Shown one piece after another: positions 18,045 through 25,308 of a stretch of DNA of 34,038 bases. This DNA comes from a virus (Duplodnaviria > Caudoviricetes), in the IMG/VR virus record IMGVR_UViG_3300032236_000424, positions 1 through 34,038 of that record. One strand, 5' to 3'. The stretch's first letter is position 1. Each line of letters begins with the position of its first letter. The notes under the pieces are model-generated. The model had not been told where the DNA came from, searched no databases, and saw only the letters and a program-made list of their open reading frames with translations. The translations under genes and the position numbers were made by a program.

Positions 18045-18268
18045 GTCAATTCCTTATTAAATAAATATTCAAATACTTTCTTATCTGCTAGGTAGTAACC
18101 CTTATCCCAAGCAGAATACAAAATAGGCACATTAAATTGTTTTCTCAACATATTAATATCCCTTTTAAATGTGGCTGTTGAAATGTTCAAAGTATCAGTA
18201 AAAACTTTCTGTGGCACAGCCTTACTGATGCTTAATAATTGATTGTAAAGAGGAAGTCTAGTAATCAT
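18041..18268 (-). CDS. Stand-alone winged HTH (HTH_11-like)
   Basis: L.IS.ATFKRDI..LR......I.Y.....GYY pattern. Confidence 0.7.
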   Translation of the reverse strand: MITRLPLYNQLLSISKAVPQKVFTDTLNISTATFKRDINMLRKQFNVPILYSAWDKGYYLADKKVFEYLFNKELT

Positions 18269-18597
18269 ACAGCCCTCACTATTCTTTGTTGTCTGTTAGA
18301 GTTGCCCTTTTTAGTCTTGCCAGTATCCTCAATTAAGCCCTTTCTAAGCAGTGAGGCATATCTAGCAGTGATTGAGCTGTATCTGTGATTTGGTAATAGA
18401 TCTAAGATCTCATCAGAGATGCAACCTATCTCACCAAATGACCAAATTGCCTCATAGACAATTCTTTCTAAATTGGTTGTGTCTACAGTCTTGGCTGATT
18501 CTTTGGATGTATTTGGGTCATTCCTCCTAGCTAATAAATCTGGATGAGTTCCAAATACTGGATTGTTAAATTGTTCAAAAATATTCATTTGTTTCAT
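18265..18597 (-). CDS. Putative winged-helix DNA-binding protein
   Basis: ARRNDP.TS..SA and SITARYASL.RKGLIEDTG motifs; likely start 18597 after GGAG. Confidence 0.65.
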   Translation of the reverse strand: MKQMNIFEQFNNPVFGTHPDLLARRNDPNTSKESAKTVDTTNLERIVYEAIWSFGEIGCISDEILDLLPNHRYSSITARYASLLRKGLIEDTGKTKKGNSNRQQRIVRAV

Positions 18598-18620
18598 AAT
18601 TAGCTCCATATTAAAAATTA

Positions 18621-18699
18621 GGGGGGAGGCTCACATAAAGCAGTGTTTGTACATTTTTCACTTCTACACCATGAGGCGCTAACCCTCATGACCTCCCTT
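18621..18699 (-). ncRNA. Candidate structured RNA element after the SSB-like gene
   Basis: Nested stems GGGAGG/CCTCCC, CATGAGG/CCTCATG and GTGT/ACAC; family not identified. Confidence 0.4.
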
Positions 18700-18702
18700 A
18701 AA

Positions 18703-18933
18703 TCAAAATCCTATGTCATCATCCTTTTTATCCCAATTCTTTTCCCTTGGAGGATTGATCCATGCCCAACCATTCCAAGGAGGATCACAAACAGGCAATG
18801 ATTCAATCTTAAGCATGTGACCTTGTGGTGTGTCAAAAATAAACCCAAGTCTATGGTATTTATTCTTTTTATTACCCTCTCTATCAGTGTAAGAACCAAC
18901 AATAGTGGTCAATTCTGAAATCATCTTAGACAT
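18703..18933 (-). CDS. Small SSB-like protein
   Basis: YTDREG.KK..Y..LG core with an acidic DDDIGF tail, downstream of ERF and the exonuclease. Confidence 0.6.
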   Translation of the reverse strand: MSKMISELTTIVGSYTDREGNKKNKYHRLGFIFDTPQGHMLKIESLPVCDPPWNGWAWINPPREKNWDKKDDDIGF

Positions 18934-19540
18934 TTAAACTCCTTAATTTACTTACTTTCTCTTCAACTTCTCTCAAAAACACAATCACCTCTTGCTCCAA
19001 CTCAGCCAGATATGCCTTGTCCAACTCCACTCTTTTACAGAATAGTTGTAAATTTTCTGGCATTCTTGGGTCATAGGAAACAAAGTCAGTCCACTCAGTG
19101 CCTGTACAGCCCATTTGCCAAGTCATTTGAATAACGTATTTAGAGGCAACCTTTTGGGATAGTAAGGTTTCCAGGTGTGTAGCGGTATTAGGGCATTTGA
19201 TCTCTATGAGACCTTCATCTACCAGACCATCTGGTGAGGCTCCAGACATCTCAATCCTTGGGTGAGGCACAAAGCCAACCTGATTGACCATGCAGTTGTA
19301 TTTGACTTCGTATGCCGCCCTTGCAAGTGGCTCAGTCTCAGTACCCCACTGCATTGCTGAGTTGCTATAAGACTCCACAGGCTTACCAGTGAGCCTTTCA
19401 CAAACCAGTTGAGCCATGTAGTTTTCCCTTGATGCTGAATAGCCTGTTTTTGTCTTGGCTACTATGTCAGCAACTCTAGAGGCTGTTACCTTGCCAAGTC
19501 TGGCTTGAAACCATTCATCTGTGCCTTGTTCTATATCCAT
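18926..19540 (-). CDS. YqaJ / lambda-exonuclease family recombination nuclease
   Basis: QGTDEWFQARLGKVTAS, WGTETEP.AR, GASPDGLV and IEIKCP motifs. Confidence 0.93.
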   Translation of the reverse strand: MDIEQGTDEWFQARLGKVTASRVADIVAKTKTGYSASRENYMAQLVCERLTGKPVESYSNSAMQWGTETEPLARAAYEVKYNCMVNQVGFVPHPRIEMSGASPDGLVDEGLIEIKCPNTATHLETLLSQKVASKYVIQMTWQMGCTGTEWTDFVSYDPRMPENLQLFCKRVELDKAYLAELEQEVIVFLREVEEKVSKLRSLNV

Positions 19541-19740
19541 GTTTTATCTCCATCAAACTGTTTTTTTCTTTCAATTAAATGTTCAATTACATCTATAAAA
19601 TCCATTTCTAATTCTTCTGATACTGTAATTAAAATATCAATTGTTGCGCAATAGGTAACGTCCATCTTTTCATTTAAAAACGCATCAAGCATTTTTTCGT
19701 AAACTCTTACAACATCTTTTTCAAATTTAGTTTTAGCCAT
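19531..19740 (-). CDS. Hypothetical acidic protein
   Basis: Coupled ORF between erf and the exonuclease gene. Confidence 0.6.
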   Translation of the reverse strand: MAKTKFEKDVVRVYEKMLDAFLNEKMDVTYCATIDILITVSEELEMDFIDVIEHLIERKKQFDGDKTWI

Positions 19741-20306
19741 TATTTATTCTCCAATTTCTTTTTCATTTTGTCTTTTACAACAATTACTTTTAACTGCCAT
19801 TGTTTGTCACCATCTGTAGCTGATATAGCTTGGACAAAGTTTTTCTGCAACTCACCCAAATCTTGACTCTGAGCTATTGCCTCAAGCCAATCAGCCATCT
19901 CTGACTCATTTACATTGGACTTTGGTTCTGGCTTTCTAGAGGCTAGATTGCCATCATCATCCTCTGGAGCTATGCCACAGGCACTCATCAGGCTGTACCG
20001 CCTTGCATAGGTCAAAGCACTGCCATACCCTTGCGGGTCTTGCTTGGATGCAGGCACATGGAGAATCCCATTAGCCATAGACTCACCAGACTCATGCACA
20101 AAAATGGTCTCAATAGCAACCCCTTTGTCAGATTCATGAAGTTTCTGCATTAAGGCAATTCCATGATTGTTTAGTGCATCAATCACTGCTTCCACACAGG
20201 CTGATAGGTCAGCATATTTGGATTTGAAATGTGGATTAGTGCTAGATTTCAAAGCAGGCCCAAATTCTTTTTGAGCCGCTACAAATGCTGAATGTATTGA
20301 TTTCAA
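19740..20306 (-). CDS. erf: ERF-family single-strand annealing protein
   Basis: NPHFKSKYADL and QGYGSALTYARRYSL...GIAPEDDDG motifs; likely TTG start at 20306. Confidence 0.93.
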   Translation of the reverse strand: MKSIHSAFVAAQKEFGPALKSSTNPHFKSKYADLSACVEAVIDALNNHGIALMQKLHESDKGVAIETIFVHESGESMANGILHVPASKQDPQGYGSALTYARRYSLMSACGIAPEDDDGNLASRKPEPKSNVNESEMADWLEAIAQSQDLGELQKNFVQAISATDGDKQWQLKVIVVKDKMKKKLENK

Positions 20307-20482
20307 AATGTTCCCCAAGTAATTACTACAAATAAAATAAAAGCTATGACAATGCAAGCAGTCATGACCAATTTGTCTTCCTTGTCAAATCCCTCTTTCT
20401 CAAAGTTTGGATCTGGATTCTCAGGAAAGGCCTCTGCCAAAGTTCTTGGAAATTTCTTGGTTGTTGGATTAGTTTTCATCTT
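20303..20482 (-). CDS. Small membrane protein
   Basis: FPRTLAEAFP motif and a C-terminal TM helix. Start estimated at MKMKT within ORF 20303..20548. Confidence 0.55.
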   Translation of the reverse strand, partial: KMKTNPTTKKFPRTLAEAFPENPDPNFEKEGFDKEDKLVMTACIVIAFILFVVITWGTF

Positions 20483-20639
20483 CATATTCCTCTGGTTCAC
20501 AATTTGGGCATCCTGGATGGTCTGGGTCTTGGCAATCTGGATGGGCAAAATAATGGGATTGATATCTTTTCTGATTTAGCACTTGATTGTGCAAGTCTCT
20601 TTCCTCATCATCATCTTCAAAGTAAACTCTGTTACACAT
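20469..20639 (-). CDS. Small acidic His/Cys protein
   Basis: Start at 20639 after AAGGAACTAATT; HPDCQDPDHPGCPNC motif. Confidence 0.65.
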   Translation of the reverse strand: MCNRVYFEDDDEERDLHNQVLNQKRYQSHYFAHPDCQDPDHPGCPNCEPEEYEDEN

Positions 20640-20656
20640 AATTAGTTCCTTATTAA

Positions 20657-20676
20657 ATAGGGGCAAATGCCCCTAT
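20657..20676. terminator. Intergenic stem-loop
   Basis: ATAGGGGC-AAAT-GCCCCTAT perfect 8-bp stem. Confidence 0.55.
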
Positions 20677-20678
20677 GG

Positions 20679-20945
20679 TTATGCCAAATCTAACAACTCT
20701 TCCATTGATAATAATGGGCCATAATTAGCAATTGAATATTCAATTTGCTTAATGGTAGGTCTCATTATTAATAAATAGTCAACACCTCCCATGCATTGTC
20801 TTTCACCTTCTTTGTGTTGCAACTCAACAATGTGGCTATTTTCAAAGATATGACTTATTGTGTAGACTTGTGCTTCTGTCATGTCAGTTGTAACTACCAA
20901 CATGCCTACATATAAATCTTGAGATTTGATTTTTACTTGTTTCAT
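20679..20945 (-). CDS. Hypothetical protein, first gene of the leftward early operon
   Basis: ORF with the AAGGAACTAATTATG leader. Confidence 0.65.
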   Translation of the reverse strand: MKQVKIKSQDLYVGMLVVTTDMTEAQVYTISHIFENSHIVELQHKEGERQCMGGVDYLLIMRPTIKQIEYSIANYGPLLSMEELLDLA

Positions 20946-21003
20946 AATTAGTTCCTTAATTTAGATTTAATTTAAATATCAGTTTGTTTTCCTGATGTTT
21001 GTA

Positions 21004-21088
21004 ATGGTACATCAAATTTGGCAAAAGTAAACATCTTGTGTAAAAATAATACACATTTTGTTGACTATTTGCAATTTATGATTAAAAT
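21004..21088. promoter_or_regulatory. Divergent early promoters with two operator-like sites
   Basis: Leftward TTTACT-16-TACCAT and rightward TTGACT-16-TAAAAT. An inverted pair, TACACAAGATGTTTAC (21027-21042, -) and TACACATTTTGTTGAC (21050-21065, +), overlaps the two -35 boxes. Confidence 0.7.
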
Positions 21089-21094
21089 ACAACT

Positions 21095-21277
21095 ATGAAC
21101 ACAACAATTCAATCAGATAAAGAACTTATAACAAAATTGGGAGGGTCTAGTGCTCTTGCCAAAAGACTTGGTTTAAGCAAACAAAGGGTAAATAACTGGA
21201 ATACTAGGGGTATTCCCCCATCTATTAAGTTAACTTATCCCAAAATATTTTTATCTAAAAAGGTAAAAAATGTCTAG
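21095..21277 (+). CDS. Cro/YdaS-like HTH regulator
   Basis: LGGSSALAKRLGLSKQRVNNW..RGIP helix-turn-helix; first rightward gene. Confidence 0.85.
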   Translation: MNTTIQSDKELITKLGGSSALAKRLGLSKQRVNNWNTRGIPPSIKLTYPKIFLSKKVKNV

Positions 21278-21569
21278 ATTTTGCAAAATTTGCCAAGTTA
21301 ATATTGATATGAGGGATTCTAGGGCTGTCTTTTGTTTTAAATGTAAAGATGAAAAAGGCATAAGAACTGGAGGAACTAAAGCAATTAACTTGGTTAAAAA
21401 AGCAATTGAAAATGGTATTTTGTTGCCTTTGGAGGGTTTGTTATGTGTTGATTGTGGAGCACAAGCTAAATGCTATGACCACAGAGATTACAACAAGCCT
21501 TTGGAAGTTGAGCCAGTTTGTAAAAAATGTAACAGGATTAGAGGGCCTGGAATATATTTACAATCTTGA
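21270..21569 (+). CDS. Zinc-finger / HNH-like protein
   Basis: Four CxxC pairs and a DHRDYNKPLEV..VC..C motif. Confidence 0.65.
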   Translation: MSRFCKICQVNIDMRDSRAVFCFKCKDEKGIRTGGTKAINLVKKAIENGILLPLEGLLCVDCGAQAKCYDHRDYNKPLEVEPVCKKCNRIRGPGIYLQS

Positions 21570-21673
21570 AGTAAAATAAATTGGAACTGGGCTAGATAGG
21601 GATTGATCCCCCTTTCGAAAAGAGTACTCCCCTCCTGCCATAGTTTCTTTTCTGGGAGTAACGCGGAGCATTT

Positions 21674-22363
21674 ATGAAAATTAAAAATTGGTCAAAATTT
21701 CAGCACTTCAAGGATCGAAAACCTCCTTGGGTAAAACTTTATCGTGACCTTTTGGATGACATTGAATGGCATGAACTTGATCCAATGTCTGCAAAAGTCC
21801 TTTGTATGCTTTGGCTTATAGCCTCTGAAGATGATGGAAATGTGCCTGAACTAAAAACTCTTAGTTTTAGACTTAGATTGCCTTTAAAGACTACTAAAGA
21901 ATGTCTTTCAAAGCTAAATCATTGGTTGATACATGATGATATCAATATGATATCAGATGGATATCAAAGTGATGGTCTAGAGACAGAGAGAGAGACAGAG
22001 TTAGAGATAGAGAAAGAGACAGAGAGAGAGGGAAAGAGAAAAGCCTCAAGGCTTTCCCCCAACTGGGTTTTGTCTGATGATGATTACAATTTTTGTAGAA
22101 CTGAAAGACCAGACCTAGATCCACAAAAAATAGCTGAATCTTTCAAAGATTATTGGTTATCTAAGCCAAAGGATGCCAGTAAAACTGATTGGTCAGCAAC
22201 TTGGAGAAATTGGGTCAGAAGACAAGATGTGCCTAAAACACAGCAAAAATCTTTTTATGAAAGAGATTTGGAGCTGAAAAAGGCTAGACATGATGAGATG
22301 GTTGGCAAAAACAAAAGAAAAGTCTTTGACATCACCCCTAATGACATCTTGGAGCTGAAATGA
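21674..22363 (+). CDS. Replication initiator (lambda O-like position)
   Basis: IKNW.KFQH...R.PPW.KLY N-terminus, low-complexity linker, and F.DYW....K.DW.ATWRNW C-terminal domain. Confidence 0.8.
   Translation: MKIKNWSKFQHFKDRKPPWVKLYRDLLDDIEWHELDPMSAKVLCMLWLIASEDDGNVPELKTLSFRLRLPLKTTKECLSKLNHWLIHDDINMISDGYQSDGLETERETELEIEKETEREGKRKASRLSPNWVLSDDDYNFCRTERPDLDPQKIAESFKDYWLSKPKDASKTDWSATWRNWVRRQDVPKTQQKSFYERDLELKKARHDEMVGKNKRKVFDITPNDILELK
21937..22030 (+). repeat. Iteron-like repeats plus a purine tract: probable replication origin
   Basis: GATATCA three times at 11-bp spacing (21937-21966), followed by an AG-rich tract, inside the initiator gene. Confidence 0.6.
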
Positions 22364-22707
22364 GTTTACCTATTGAAGTTATTGATGAATTATTTAACAG
22401 GCTCTCCAACACCTATGGGAATGGTTGGGATTCAATGTGGTCAACCCATGACATACAGGAAGTTAAAGAGCTTTGGGCTTCAGAATTAAGATTTTTTAAT
22501 AATAAATGGGATTGTTTTCATTGGGCATTTCAAAATTTACCTGAAAGACCACCTAATTTAATAATATTAAAAAAGTTATTAATGGAATGCCCATATTTAA
22601 GGAGTGAATCACAAACCTATTTGCCTCCACCCAAAGGTGAACCTCCTGCACCAGAAATTAAAGAAAAAATGGATCAATTAATTAAAAAATTAAAAAATGA
22701 GGTTTAA
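22360..22707 (+). CDS. Putative helicase loader / replication partner
   Basis: ATGA-coupled to the initiator; F.RL...YG..W...W...L...LPERPPNL motif. Confidence 0.6.
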   Translation: MSLPIEVIDELFNRLSNTYGNGWDSMWSTHDIQEVKELWASELRFFNNKWDCFHWAFQNLPERPPNLIILKKLLMECPYLRSESQTYLPPPKGEPPAPEIKEKMDQLIKKLKNEV

Positions 22708-22710
22708 ATT

Positions 22711-22953
22711 ATGAAATATGATTTATTTGGTGAAATTATCACAGCTCAAGCTGAATGGCAGGACATGCCTGAATTCTTTCAGGAAGATTTAACTCCTCAC
22801 AGGGTCATTTATGTCAGATTCAGAAATGATGAAGATGTCCAAAAGTTTGCTGAGTTGATGGGTCAAAAGATTACCCCCAAGGCAAAAACTATTTGGTTTC
22901 CTTATGCTGAACCCAGAGCTGTTGCCCATTTGAGGTATGTAGATGAAGAATAA
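22711..22953 (+). CDS. Small partner protein of the glycosyltransferase
   Basis: EWQDMPEF.QED...VRFRN.EDV..FA..MGQ.IT...KTIWFP; GAGG RBS; overlaps the GT start. Confidence 0.7.
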   Translation: MKYDLFGEIITAQAEWQDMPEFFQEDLTPHRVIYVRFRNDEDVQKFAELMGQKITPKAKTIWFPYAEPRAVAHLRYVDEE

Positions 22954-23800
22954 ATATCCAATTTACATTGTTTCTAAGGGTAGGCATGAAAGCAGGCTAA
23001 CTAGCAAAGCATTAGAAAAAATGAATGCTGATTATTTCATTGTTGTTGAGGAACAGGAATTTGATTTGTATGCCAAACACATAAGCAAAGATAAGATACT
23101 CATCCTTCCACAGAAATATCTGGATGAGTATGACACCTTTGATGACCTTGGAAATACCAAAAGCAAAGGCCCAGGAGGAGCTAGAAATTTTGCTTGGGAG
23201 CATTCCATAGGTTTAGGTGCTTTTAGGCATTGGGTCATGGATGACAATATTGAAAACTTTTGCAGGCTGAACAGAAACAGGATGGTCAGATCCCATACAC
23301 CTACCATTTTTAAATGTGCAGAGGATTTTGTGGATAGATACACCAATGTCTACATCTCTGGATTCAATTATGATTTTTTTGTTTTGGCTAAAGCCTTACA
23401 CCCTCCATTTGTGATGAACACTAGAATTTACTCTTGTTTGCTTATCCAAAATGACATCCCTTACAGATGGAGAGGTAGATACAATGAGGATACAGATTTG
23501 TCCCTTAGAGTCTTGAAAGATGGGTTTTGCACCATTCAATTCAATGCTTTTCTACAGCAAAAGGCAACTACACAGACCCTCAAAGGAGGCAATACAGATG
23601 CTTTTTATGCCAAAGAGGGAACTTTGCCCAAGTCTCAAATGCTAGTGGATATGCATCCTGATGTGTCAAAAGTGGTTTGGAAATTCAACAGATGGCATCA
23701 TGAGGTAAATTACAGGAAATTTAAAGCTAACCAACTCATCAGGAAAGAGGGATTAGTGGTTAAGCCTGGAATTAATAATTATGGGATGAAATTGGTATGA
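22943..23800 (+). CDS. GT-A fold glycosyltransferase, GREB1/TAGT-like
   Basis: YPIYIVSKGR, G...ARNF.W, WVMDDNI (metal-binding acidic motif), RIYSC.LI, NEDTDL and GGNT motifs. Confidence 0.8.
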   Translation: MKNKYPIYIVSKGRHESRLTSKALEKMNADYFIVVEEQEFDLYAKHISKDKILILPQKYLDEYDTFDDLGNTKSKGPGGARNFAWEHSIGLGAFRHWVMDDNIENFCRLNRNRMVRSHTPTIFKCAEDFVDRYTNVYISGFNYDFFVLAKALHPPFVMNTRIYSCLLIQNDIPYRWRGRYNEDTDLSLRVLKDGFCTIQFNAFLQQKATTQTLKGGNTDAFYAKEGTLPKSQMLVDMHPDVSKVVWKFNRWHHEVNYRKFKANQLIRKEGLVVKPGINNYGMKLV

Positions 23801-23943
23801 TTAAAACTATTTGGCAACCAGTTCCCAAATGGGACATTCCTTTAAAACAACTGGACAGATCTAAATATCCTAAAAGAAAAGATGAGCTTAAAAGGGAAAG
23901 AGTAAATCAAAATGACTACAGAAAATGGATCTTCAATCTTTGA
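23797..23943 (+). CDS. Hypothetical protein, 48 aa
   Basis: Manually translated MIKTIWQPVPKWDIPLK...; ATGA overlap with the GT stop. Confidence 0.5.
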   Translation: MIKTIWQPVPKWDIPLKQLDRSKYPKRKDELKRERVNQNDYRKWIFNL

Positions 23944-24124
23944 CTGGGATGCTGAATACCAAAGCATTGTCAAGTTCTATGCTGAGTTGGCACTGGCTCC
24001 AGGATGGATTGAATACACCAGAGATGTGGTCAAACAAAAACAATTATCTGAACCTCTATTTAAAAATTTAGGCAAAGATGTGGCTGAAAAAATTAAGGAA
24101 TTAAAAGATGAGAAGGGATGCTAG
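23912..24124 (+). CDS. Hypothetical protein
   Basis: ORF in the coupled rightward operon. Confidence 0.55.
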   Translation: MTTENGSSIFDWDAEYQSIVKFYAELALAPGWIEYTRDVVKQKQLSEPLFKNLGKDVAEKIKELKDEKGC

Positions 24125-24389
24125 GAGGGATGTGAATGAAAAACCCATCATAGAGGCACTCAGAGCTGTGGGAGCCACTGTTTACATTATGGATGATCCA
24201 TGTGACCTACTTGTGGGCTACAAAGGATCTACCTTGCTTATGGAAGTGAAAAACCCAGACTCCAGATATGGCAAAAAAGGCTTTAATGAAAACCAAAAGC
24301 ATTTTGCTGAAAACTGGAAAGGAGGGCCATTTTGCCTTGTAGATAGCATTGAGTCTGCCCTCAGAATGCTAAATATTATGATTGATTGA
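24108..24389 (+). CDS. PD-(D/E)xK nuclease (VRR-NUC / resolvase-like)
   Basis: R.D.NE..I.EALR..GATV, DLLVGY and LMEVK motifs. Confidence 0.8.
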   Translation: MRRDARRDVNEKPIIEALRAVGATVYIMDDPCDLLVGYKGSTLLMEVKNPDSRYGKKGFNENQKHFAENWKGGPFCLVDSIESALRMLNIMID

Positions 24390-24804
24390 TATGCAATACA
24401 AATTAATAAATGTGGAACAAGGCACAGCTTTAATCAAAAATTTGTGGCCTAAAATGAAAACAGCATTGGAATCAGGGAAAACCCTAGTTATGAATGTTGA
24501 GGAGGAACACAGATCAAATGACCAAAATGCCAAATTCCATGTGATCATTGCCCAAATTGCAAAAGAAACTCAGCATTTTGGAGCCAAGTGGGATGCAGAA
24601 TCTTGGAAGAGGTTTTTAATAGACCAATTTGCCACAGAAACAGGGTTACATGCCTCCAAAATAGCTCCCTCCTTAGATGGGCATAGACTTGTGCAATTAG
24701 GCCTCCAGAGTCGTAAATTCAGCAAAGACCAAGCTAGTCAATTTGTGGAGTGGTTAGAGGCTTGGTGTGCTGACAAAGGAATTGAGCTTGAAAGCACATC
24801 CTAA
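24382..24804 (+). CDS. ninB: NinB-like recombination protein
   Basis: RS.DQNAKFH, W..E.WK and SRKFSK.QASQFVEW..AW motifs. Confidence 0.8.
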   Translation: MIDMQYKLINVEQGTALIKNLWPKMKTALESGKTLVMNVEEEHRSNDQNAKFHVIIAQIAKETQHFGAKWDAESWKRFLIDQFATETGLHASKIAPSLDGHRLVQLGLQSRKFSKDQASQFVEWLEAWCADKGIELESTS

Positions 24805-25144
24805 AAGGCAATATGTCAGGAATGCCAAACTGTTAAATAACATCAGGTATTTGCACTGTCATGCTTGTGGCAATGATGATGAGACAGTAGTGGGTGCTCA
24901 CTCCAATAGCTCAAAATATGGCAAAGGAAGAGGCATTAAGGCTGACGACAACATGATAGCGGCCTTGTGTTGGGACTGCCATCATGCCCTAGATCAAGGC
25001 CATTATTTAAATAAAGAGGAAAAAGAGGAGTTCTGGATGGATGCTCATCTCAGGACTGTTTTTAGCCTCATCAAGGCTGAGTTATGGCCTCCAGATGTGC
25101 CAATCCCTCAGACCTATATTGACTACCAAAATAAGCTAAATTAG
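24767..25144 (+). CDS. DUF1364/YbcO-like zinc-binding nuclease-domain protein
   Basis: CHACG....VGAH....GKG.GIKADD...A.LC..CH..LD motif. Confidence 0.7.
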   Translation: MLTKELSLKAHPKRQYVRNAKLLNNIRYLHCHACGNDDETVVGAHSNSSKYGKGRGIKADDNMIAALCWDCHHALDQGHYLNKEEKEEFWMDAHLRTVFSLIKAELWPPDVPIPQTYIDYQNKLN

Positions 25145-25308
25145 CCTTTTTGTGGGTGAGCTTTTTCCATAGGAAGGTGCTCATGCTTTTTGAGCTTGTC
25201 CTCTAGTCTATGCAACTCATGCTCAGTTTTCTTTTCATGCTCCCTCAAAACTACATAATGAGCCTTGGGAGACTTGTATTCTTTGCCTTCAATTTTAAAG
25301 TTTTTCAT
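25141..25308 (-). CDS. Small His/Lys-rich protein
   Basis: Likely start MKNFK at 25308; last gene of the late operon. Confidence 0.55.
   Translation of the reverse strand: MKNFKIEGKEYKSPKAHYVVLREHEKKTEHELHRLEDKLKKHEHLPMEKAHPQKG

Noticed and set aside
18621-18699. tRNA or a known ribozyme (hammerhead, twister, pistol)
   Set aside because: There is no T-loop or cloverleaf, and only short fragments resemble ribozyme cores, so it is left unassigned.
21979-22032. AG microsatellite or phase-variation tract, and ORF 21942..22124
   Set aside because: The repeat is imperfect and encodes the ETERETE linker of the initiator; the antisense ORF is its shadow.
25136-25146. Terminator at the convergent junction of early and late operons
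   Set aside because: Only overlapping stop codons and a short GCTAA/TTAGC palindrome are present, too weak to call.
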